NCBI GenBank assembly: GCA_039819065.1
Contig: JBCBSS010000018.1
Coordinates: 1 to 64,000 of the forward strand
From: Bacteroidota bacterium
GTDB taxonomy: Bacteria > Bacteroidota > Bacteroidia > Cytophagales > Cyclobacteriaceae
Direction: 5' to 3'
DNA length: 64,000 nt
The notes under the pieces were generated by a model, which worked only from the letters and a program-made list of their open reading frames with translations, ran no database searches and had not been told where the DNA came from. A program made the position numbers and the translations under genes. Shown here piece by piece: positions 56,734-64,000 of this stretch. The stretch's first letter is position 1. The number at the start of each line of letters is the position of its first letter.

Positions 56734-57633
56734 TTATTCAGCTGTCAGGCTTTCGTGCACTACCATAACGAAGGTTTCAGATTTGATGAAGTTATTATTC
56801 CACCGTTCATCATAGTCAGACAATGGCTTAGCTGAGATAATATCATCAAGGCTTTGCCCTTTAGCGATCCTTTCCTTTACAATATCCCTTACGCTGATCA
56901 GCATATTTCGAAATTCGATCACATCTTTTTTGGTTGACATCTCACCATGACCTGGGATGACTCGTGTTTCGTCATTGATAAGATCTAGTGCTTGGCCTAA
57001 GAAAGCAATGATGCCGTCTATCGAGCCTCCGCTTGACGTGTCTATAAACGGGTAACCGTAGCGGACGAAAACATCACCCATGTGGATGACATTTGATGCT
57101 GGGAAATATACGATGGCATCTCCGTCTGTGTGGGCACGACCATTATGGATGATCTGCACTTCTTCTCCATTGAAGTGAAGTTTGAGGCCTTGATCAAAAG
57201 TGATAACTGGTAACGCTTTCTCAGGAAAAGCGGGAACCTCCCTCTTCAATAGTTCAATTACCTGCCCTGAGGCCATTCTTTCCCTTACTTTTTCCTGGGC
57301 TAGAATGGTAGCACCAAAGCGCTCAAAATTCTCATTGCCACCTGTATGGTCAAAATGCCAATGCGTGTTGATCAAGTATTTGATGGGAGAATCGCTGATA
57401 GTTTGGATGGCTTCTTTGAGCTTTTCTGATACCGGAGCGTATTGTGCATCAATGACCAATACGCCATCTGGACCAGCGAAAACGCCGAGGTTGCCGCCAC
57501 GGCCTTTCAGCATGTACAACTTATCAGTAAGCTTTTCCGTTTGTATTTTGATTTCATTGTTCTGCGCAAATAATGTTGTTGGTAGAACGAGCAATAAAAT
57601 AAAAGTCAGTTGCGACCGTAGTAAAAGAGTCAT
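56734..57633 (-). CDS. MBL-fold metallo-hydrolase (subclass-B3-like) with signal peptide
   Basis: HWHFDHTGG (HxHxDH) motif and an N-terminal signal sequence. Confidence 0.85.
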   Translation of the reverse strand: MTLLLRSQLTFILLLVLPTTLFAQNNEIKIQTEKLTDKLYMLKGRGGNLGVFAGPDGVLVIDAQYAPVSEKLKEAIQTISDSPIKYLINTHWHFDHTGGNENFERFGATILAQEKVRERMASGQVIELLKREVPAFPEKALPVITFDQGLKLHFNGEEVQIIHNGRAHTDGDAIVYFPASNVIHMGDVFVRYGYPFIDTSSGGSIDGIIAFLGQALDLINDETRVIPGHGEMSTKKDVIEFRNMLISVRDIVKERIAKGQSLDDIISAKPLSDYDERWNNNFIKSETFVMVVHESLTAE

Positions 57634-57818
57634 AGCAGTGCGAGGTGAATCAATTAAACCTAATTATAGTTTGATTTTTTTGATGGTCGGGTGCTAAAAA
57701 AGTGTTTTTAAAGGTAACATTGCAACAATATGCCCTCTAGGGCGCTTATTACTGCGTAACATGTAATTTCTACACAGCCTGCTGTCCGAAAGTTCAGTTT
57801 TCCCGTTAAAAAGAAAAT

Positions 57819-59918
57819 ATGCAAAACGACATATTCACTTTTGAGTCCTCTCCACTGTTCATTATTTTTTGTGTAATCCTGGGAGTCGGCTATGCATTTC
57901 TACTCTACACCAAAAAAGGACCTTGGGGCAAATCAACCAGATACGTACTCTCTGGACTACGCTTTCTACTGGTGAGTTTTCTAGCTATACTACTTTTGAG
58001 CCCCATTCTAAAGCAGATAGAAAATACGATAGAAAAACCTACCATCATTATTGCGGTGGACAATTCTTCGTCAGTAGCGCAGGTACTTGACAGTACTCAG
58101 CTAGAAGAAATATCTACTAAAATTAAGACCTTGGAGTCTTCTCTCAAGCAAGCAGACTATGAGCTCGAATACAGGGATTTGAACGGTGTCAAGCCAGACG
58201 CTACGTTTGTACCGCAGGATTTTAGCGCACAAGAAACAAATCTCGGAGAATTACTCAAGAGCGTACAAAACGAATATGAAGGAAGGAATCTGGCCGGAGT
58301 GATCATGCTCTCTGATGGCATTTATAACACTGGTTCATCCCCTGTTTACTCTTCTTTCAACTTTCCCGTCTACACCTCTGGTGTAGGTGATACCATACCT
58401 AAATCTGATTTATCACTGAAGAATTTATTGTACAATAAGATTTCTTATCAAGGCAATAAGTTTCCTTTGATCGCAGAGATATTCAACGAGGGTTTTGTAG
58501 GTGAGACCTTGAACGTATCGGTGAGAAAAGGAGGCGAGCTGCTCGACACCAAGAGTGTAACATTAGCCAGAGACAAGCAACTGACCAGGCTTGAATTTAC
58601 ATTGGAAGCAGAATCAAGCGGCTTGCAGCGGTATCAAGTAGAGGTAAGCCGGAAGAATGGTGAATTTACTTATGATAATAACATCAAGCAGGCTTACATA
58701 GACATAGTGGAAGGTAAAGAAAAGATTCTACTTATCGCACCATCTCCACACCCGGATATTAAGGCCATTAAGTCTGCGATCGAGACCAACTCGAACTACG
58801 AATTTGATATGTACATTCCAGGTGTGAGTAAGAGAGAAGATGAGCCCAGTAATGTCAAGGATTATGACCTGGTCATTTTTCATCAAGTGCCGGATAGGAG
58901 GTCTGTTACCCAAAGTCTGATGCGCAAATTCAACCAGGAAGGTACTTCTACCTTGATACTGATGGGCAATGAAACCAATATTCGCGCTTTTAACGCTACC
59001 AACGGTCTGCTTAGAATTGATGCCTTGCCCAATGAAGTTGACAATATCACCGCTGTTTTCAACAATGGTTTTTCCAGCTTTGATCTTTCTAATGATTTAC
59101 AAGAATCGTTCGTTGAGTTTCCGCCGCTCACCGTTCCTTTCGGTAGAATTAATCTGGTAGAAGGCGTCGATGTACTGCTTTATCAAAGAGTAGGAAGTAT
59201 TGAGACTAAGAAGCCGTTGCTTCTGGTCAAATCCAGTGCAGAAGGAAAAAGAGCAGTGATGATGGGAGAGGGGATTTGGCGATGGAGGCTGAACGAATAT
59301 GCCAGAACCGACGATAACAAGCACTTCAATGAACTCATGGTCAAGATTGTACAATACCTGTCATCTAAAGAGGACAAACGAAAATTCAAGGTTTATCCTG
59401 TTGATGATGAGTTCTTTGATAATGAAGGCGTCGTATTTGACTCGGAGGTATACAATGACTTATACGAAAGGGTTTACGGCAACAAGATTGACTTGACCAT
59501 TACGCCAGAAGAAGGGCAATCACAGAATTATTCATTTGTCACCAGCGAAAGCAATACCCGTTATCGCATCAGCGGGTTGCAAGAAGGCGTCTATAAGTTT
59601 AGTGCTTCTTCTGAAATCAATGGTCAGATAGAAAGAGTGGGTGGAGAGTTTTTGGTTAAAAAGCAGCAGTTAGAATCTGTCAACCTTACCGCAGACTTTG
59701 ATTTGCTCCGAAGGTTATCCGATAATTCAGGTGGTAAGTTTTACCCCTTTGAACAGCTTCAGGATATTAATCAAGAACTGACTACAAAAGAAGCCAAGGG
59801 CATCATTCATAGCAGCGAGAATTACTTGCCACTCGTGAACCTGAAATGGATATTTTTCCTGCTATTAGGGCTGATCTCAGCCGAGTGGTTCATACGTAAA
59901 TTCAGTGGTGCCTATTGA
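57819..59918 (+). CDS. conserved hypothetical membrane protein with an N-terminal two-TM anchor, a MIDAS-like DxSxS motif and a C-terminal TM helix (BatA/vWA-like)
   Basis: …TIIIAVDNSSSV… (DxSxS) after two TM helices; C-terminal …WIFFLLLGLISAEWFI…. Confidence 0.45.
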   Translation: MQNDIFTFESSPLFIIFCVILGVGYAFLLYTKKGPWGKSTRYVLSGLRFLLVSFLAILLLSPILKQIENTIEKPTIIIAVDNSSSVAQVLDSTQLEEISTKIKTLESSLKQADYELEYRDLNGVKPDATFVPQDFSAQETNLGELLKSVQNEYEGRNLAGVIMLSDGIYNTGSSPVYSSFNFPVYTSGVGDTIPKSDLSLKNLLYNKISYQGNKFPLIAEIFNEGFVGETLNVSVRKGGELLDTKSVTLARDKQLTRLEFTLEAESSGLQRYQVEVSRKNGEFTYDNNIKQAYIDIVEGKEKILLIAPSPHPDIKAIKSAIETNSNYEFDMYIPGVSKREDEPSNVKDYDLVIFHQVPDRRSVTQSLMRKFNQEGTSTLILMGNETNIRAFNATNGLLRIDALPNEVDNITAVFNNGFSSFDLSNDLQESFVEFPPLTVPFGRINLVEGVDVLLYQRVGSIETKKPLLLVKSSAEGKRAVMMGEGIWRWRLNEYARTDDNKHFNELMVKIVQYLSSKEDKRKFKVYPVDDEFFDNEGVVFDSEVYNDLYERVYGNKIDLTITPEEGQSQNYSFVTSESNTRYRISGLQEGVYKFSASSEINGQIERVGGEFLVKKQQLESVNLTADFDLLRRLSDNSGGKFYPFEQLQDINQELTTKEAKGIIHSSENYLPLVNLKWIFFLLLGLISAEWFIRKFSGAY

Positions 59919-59986
59919 TTAAATCTCTAATCAGGTTAGGCTCTTAATCAAAATTCAACTAAGTTTATAGTTGAAACAACGCCCTT

Positions 59987-60793
59987 ATGTTAAGAACCAC
60001 CTTTATCAGCCTTTCTTTGGTACTCATTATCTCTGCTTGTTCGAGTAATGGAAAGATGGCTTTTGAGTATTTTGAGCAGGGAGATTACGAGAGTGCTGAA
60101 ATTCTGTATAAGAAAGCCATTGCCTACAATCCTAATAACGCCAGCTATCTTTATAATTATGCGCGTACAAAGGAAGAATTGGGCAAATACCGAGAGGCCT
60201 TAAAGTACTATTCCAAGGCCATGGATTTGAAGTATGAGTTCGTTGATGCCTTCGTCGGTAGAGGAAGATGTTACTTGAAGCTGGAAGACCTACAAAGTGC
60301 GATCATTGATTTCGGTAATGCCTTGGATCTTGACCCAAAAAATTTCGATGCGCTATATTACAGAGGACAAGCATACCTTAAGGACTTACAATATTATTCT
60401 GCCGCTGGAGACCTTAACGATGCGATTAAACTAAATCCTGACCATTACCTGGCCTATTACCACAGAGCCATTGCCAGGGGACAGATTGGTGATTCTTACG
60501 GCGCATTAAGAGACTTGAATAAGGTTTTGGAGGAAGATGACAAGTTCAATAGGGCCTATTTCAATAGAGCCATCATTTACCAAAGGACGGAGAAATATCG
60601 CGCTGCCATTAGCGATTTCTCCAAAGCAATCGAATTAAAGTATGAAGTGGCCGAAGTATACGTTCGTAGAGGGTTCTGCAAGTACGAACTGAATAACACC
60701 AACGGGGCTTGCGCTGATTTTCAAAGGGCCTATCGCATCAATAAGAAAATGGCATCCAAAATAATCAATAAGTATTGTACGGTTGCCTCTTGA
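59987..60793 (+). CDS. TPR-repeat lipoprotein
   Basis: lipobox (…LIISACSS), then at least 6 TPR-like units (…AIAYNPNNASYLYNYARTKEELGKYREALKYY…). Confidence 0.8.
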   Translation: MLRTTFISLSLVLIISACSSNGKMAFEYFEQGDYESAEILYKKAIAYNPNNASYLYNYARTKEELGKYREALKYYSKAMDLKYEFVDAFVGRGRCYLKLEDLQSAIIDFGNALDLDPKNFDALYYRGQAYLKDLQYYSAAGDLNDAIKLNPDHYLAYYHRAIARGQIGDSYGALRDLNKVLEEDDKFNRAYFNRAIIYQRTEKYRAAISDFSKAIELKYEVAEVYVRRGFCKYELNNTNGACADFQRAYRINKKMASKIINKYCTVAS

Positions 60794-60896
60794 TTGGCAG
60801 GTGAAGATAGTAGTTTGAGAAGGTAATTTCAGCCATAATTACATAGACCAAAACTACCTTCTGCATTTTAGAAGACGGACGTATTAGATTCCTTAA

Positions 60897-63845
60897 TTAC
60901 TCTTTCCTGAACTTTTGAATAAAGACTTCATCCTGAGTGGCAATTCTAATCAAATAGATGCCTGGCCTAAGCGCCGAAACATCTATTCTTTCTGATGCTT
61001 CACTAATTTGGACGTTATCCACAGTGACACCCGAAAGCGTGTAAATCTTTATGGATTGAATGTCCTCTTCCTGTGCACTGATGTTCAAGTAGTCGCGAGT
61101 AGGGTTAGGATATAAGATAATATCCTCACTTATACCTTCAAGATCGTTGTTGATGCCAGTTATGCCTTGGTTAAGTGAACCTACCCACCTTGGTTCAGTA
61201 CTGCCACTACTTCCTGCTATCAGGCTCGTATTGGATGAAGCGACTATGGTGACCTCGTCTATGTAGACCTGATCCGCGTTGGCAGAGGCGTCACACTGGA
61301 ATCTGAACTGTGCATTGGACGGGAAATTGTAATTCGACCTGTTGATAGTCACAGTAGCTGTATAAAAGTTGCCATTACTAAAGTTTGAACCACCGGCATA
61401 GGTGGCGACGGTATTCCATGAAGATCCGTCAAAATAACGCACCCAAAAGTCTTCTCCAGTTTCCATGCTATTTGGATAGAAGTAGAATGTGATATCGACC
61501 TGGTCAAAGCTAGTCAAATTATAAGCTCCAGAGGTCATTGAAGAAGCTACTCCGGAATTGTCTCTAAGCCTGATAGAATAGCTGCCTTCCCATGAAAACG
61601 AGCCGGTATACCTGAAAGCATCACTTCCACCATCTGTCCAGCCGTCCCAGCCTGTCTCGAAATAGCTTTCCAACAAAGTGGTGGTACTTCCACCACCTCC
61701 ACCAGTGCCACCGGTTGTCAGGTCTACATTATCTACAGCTACATCTCCTTGCCAGGTATCATTGGTAGTCGCAATAAACCTGAGTTTCACGACAGAGCCA
61801 AGGTAGCTGCTCAGATCGATATTTGCGCTGAGCCATGAGTTGCCCTGATTACCACTTCTCGACCAAAGGGATGTCCATCCGCTGGCCTCGGTCGACGCTT
61901 GCAGCTCAAATCCACCCATAGAAGCTGCTCCGTACATGTGATAGTTGAAAGAGAATGTGGCTGAGCTTTCTCCGGATAGATCAAAGCAAGGGCTTTCCAA
62001 GATGGTGGTTTTTGAAGGGTAGTTCGGACTAGAAGCTTCTGCATACACATAATAGCTACCACCTGCTGCTGATGTAGGCCCAGTATTGTTGGAAGGAGTT
62101 CCTCCTGATTGCCTTGACCAATTGAAATCATCACCACTGGCTTGTGTCCAATCCCCAAGACTCGACTCAAAACCTTCTGAATAAGGGAATGATGATACTG
62201 TGGTGGCACAACTGAAAGAACCTCCACCACCGCCTCCGAATGCTGAACCTAAACCTACAGCATACCATGCATCTTGAGTAGCAATGGCCTCGGCCGAGCC
62301 GGCTCCATATAAATCCTCTGCTGCCTGAATTCCGAAATTTCTGGCATCGATAAATTGACTGTTAGCAGATAGATACACACTTTCTAACCGATAAGCGATT
62401 TTGGCCGCTTTAGTGATGCCAATACCTGTTACACTGTAGCTATCCCCGTTGTCGTTGGAGCCGGTTTTTCCAACGGTCAATATGTAGAACCAATGATTCA
62501 TCACGCCAGAGTTAGTATGTACACCACCATTATCACTCGATCCAAATTCCCAATTCGTGCCTTTGTAAGTATCTGGGTCACCCTTTGATTTAGGATCGCT
62601 CATAGAACGAAGACCGGTTCCATTAGCCAGATCAATGTCCTCTCCAATTTGCCATATTTGCTTTTGAGGGGCGGCAAAGCTTTCTACACATGCTGCCCAT
62701 ATGTCACTAAATCCTTCATTCATGGCACCAGACTCGTAGCGATATACGAGATTGGCTGTACTGGTTGTAATGGCATGACCAATCTCGTGGGCAGCTACAT
62801 CCAACGAGGTAAGTGCGTCAAAGTTATTGCCGTCACCATAAGTCATTACAGAACCATTCCAGAAGGCATTATCATAGTTTGAGCTATAATGAACATAGGA
62901 TCGGATTCTGGCGCCATTGCCATCCCAGCTGTTTCTATTGTGTTCTGTAATCCAATAATCGTAAGTCTGAATAGCACCCCAGTGTGCGTCCAAAGCAGCA
63001 TTATCTTTATTGGAATTGTTCCACTCACCGGCAGTCCAGTTGTTGTCGTTGTCAACAAAATCTATGGCATTGCTGTAACTGGTTGACCTGTTGAGATCAT
63101 AAGTTTCTACCCCCTGACCTCTAGTATAGTCTCTCAACCTAAACCCACTGATGAAGCTGTCGGTAGCTATTGTTTTGGAACCGCTATACCGGGTGGCCGC
63201 AGTGCCTATTGCATGGGCGTGATGGATGATAGAATTGGTGTGAATGACATCGCCATTTTTGGCATCAACATATATGTAATCCCGACTTAAAGGCTCGATA
63301 GCGAATACATCAAATTTGTACGCCAGTTTATTCTCTACAATAACCAGTTTACCTTGCGGTTTGTCATATTCTAATACCTCTGCCTGACCTACATCTTCCC
63401 ACATGTATTTATTAGCCCCAACATAGTCTATAGCTCGCTGTAGTGCCACGGCATTGGACAACGAAGGCCTGACATCGATTTCAGGAATGTCATAGAATTC
63501 CCCATTCATTGAGGTTACCCTACCAACCCGGTCGAAGTGAGCTTTGTATTGGCCGTATTCTACTTTTACATCTTTGTAGAATTGTTGGAAACTTTGATGG
63601 CTCAGCCCGAGTTCATCAGTTGATGTCTTAACCAGCTTAAAATCATCCTTCGTGTCAATTTTTAGCTGGGCTTGTAATAACCTCTGGGGAGATTCGCTTT
63701 GCGCTTTTGTGAATACAATGGCTTTTGGCATGCCATTTTGATCTAGCGCTTTCAACTTGATTTGTGCTTCCTGTGCGTACAATGAGGCAGAACCTACCAG
63801 ACACACGAGCACAAGTACTCTAATCGTAAAAGTTACGTCTTTCAT
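60897..63845 (-). CDS. secreted M4 (thermolysin-family) zinc metalloprotease with two MAM-like domains and a T9SS C-terminal sorting domain
   Basis: signal peptide; HEIGH + …NEGFSDIW… (HExxH…ExxxD); Gly-rich linkers; two MAM-like beta domains; C-terminal …ILYPNPTRDYLNIS…IKIYTLSGV… Por/T9SS CTD. Confidence 0.9.
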   Translation of the reverse strand: MKDVTFTIRVLVLVCLVGSASLYAQEAQIKLKALDQNGMPKAIVFTKAQSESPQRLLQAQLKIDTKDDFKLVKTSTDELGLSHQSFQQFYKDVKVEYGQYKAHFDRVGRVTSMNGEFYDIPEIDVRPSLSNAVALQRAIDYVGANKYMWEDVGQAEVLEYDKPQGKLVIVENKLAYKFDVFAIEPLSRDYIYVDAKNGDVIHTNSIIHHAHAIGTAATRYSGSKTIATDSFISGFRLRDYTRGQGVETYDLNRSTSYSNAIDFVDNDNNWTAGEWNNSNKDNAALDAHWGAIQTYDYWITEHNRNSWDGNGARIRSYVHYSSNYDNAFWNGSVMTYGDGNNFDALTSLDVAAHEIGHAITTSTANLVYRYESGAMNEGFSDIWAACVESFAAPQKQIWQIGEDIDLANGTGLRSMSDPKSKGDPDTYKGTNWEFGSSDNGGVHTNSGVMNHWFYILTVGKTGSNDNGDSYSVTGIGITKAAKIAYRLESVYLSANSQFIDARNFGIQAAEDLYGAGSAEAIATQDAWYAVGLGSAFGGGGGGSFSCATTVSSFPYSEGFESSLGDWTQASGDDFNWSRQSGGTPSNNTGPTSAAGGSYYVYAEASSPNYPSKTTILESPCFDLSGESSATFSFNYHMYGAASMGGFELQASTEASGWTSLWSRSGNQGNSWLSANIDLSSYLGSVVKLRFIATTNDTWQGDVAVDNVDLTTGGTGGGGGSTTTLLESYFETGWDGWTDGGSDAFRYTGSFSWEGSYSIRLRDNSGVASSMTSGAYNLTSFDQVDITFYFYPNSMETGEDFWVRYFDGSSWNTVATYAGGSNFSNGNFYTATVTINRSNYNFPSNAQFRFQCDASANADQVYIDEVTIVASSNTSLIAGSSGSTEPRWVGSLNQGITGINNDLEGISEDIILYPNPTRDYLNISAQEEDIQSIKIYTLSGVTVDNVQISEASERIDVSALRPGIYLIRIATQDEVFIQKFRKE

Positions 63846-64000
63846 GGTTTTAATTATGGTTTAAAAAATATAAAAAGTGCTCTATTGAGCAGAGATACTA
63901 ACCATCATAAGGCGAGGAGTACTAGCGCCTTACTTACTCTAAAAAATTGCTTCTTCGCGGATTGTTAAACAATATAGCAATTTCCAAGCAAGAAAACTTT

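Overview
The window is a 64 kb chromosomal segment that looks like Bacteroidota (Cytophagia- or Flavobacteriia-like): low GC, a T9SS C-terminal sorting domain on a secreted M4 protease, a Rho with a long charged N-terminal insertion, a roughly 940-aa CarB lacking the C-terminal allosteric domain, and Bacteroidota-typical DUF families. I found no rRNA, tRNA, CRISPR array, transposase or integrase.

Most of the window is housekeeping and accessory genes:
- a flotillin/NfeD/PspA/YbjN membrane-stress cluster
- serS, rho, gltX, glmS, panCD, rfaE2, secA, dapF and carB
- two divergent Na/Pi cotransporter paralogues
- a LytTR two-component system
- a T9SS-secreted M4-MAM-MAM protease

The stretch most worth follow-up is a compact co-oriented cassette at about 5.1-10.3 kb. 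It contains an XRE-HTH/S24 (LexA-like) regulator, a single-HKD PLD-family nuclease that overlaps the regulator by one nucleotide (TAATG), a small DUF4286-like protein, a 919-aa SF1B Upf1/DNA2-like helicase with a C-terminal DUF559/Vsr-like nuclease-fold domain, and an orphan DUF1987 protein. The domain logic is DNA-damage-gated repressor, then PLD nuclease, then Upf1-like helicase with an endonuclease-like C-terminus. That resembles known antiphage systems (Mokosh: COG1112 helicase plus PLD; Hhe: helicase plus Vsr-like endonuclease) but does not match either architecture exactly. I propose it as a candidate undescribed nucleic-acid-targeting/defence module.

A second notable locus at 47.2-50.5 kb pairs a WYL-domain regulator with an ABM-like protein, a GyrI-like protein and an AlkC-like HEAT-repeat DNA glycosylase. 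This looks like a genotoxin/alkylation-damage response module. It is followed by a TfoX_C-only protein and an SplB-like radical-SAM DNA repair lyase.

Several ORF-track starts are TTG artefacts; I have re-set them to the first in-frame ATG. All domain calls rest on motifs I could read directly. No database search was possible.
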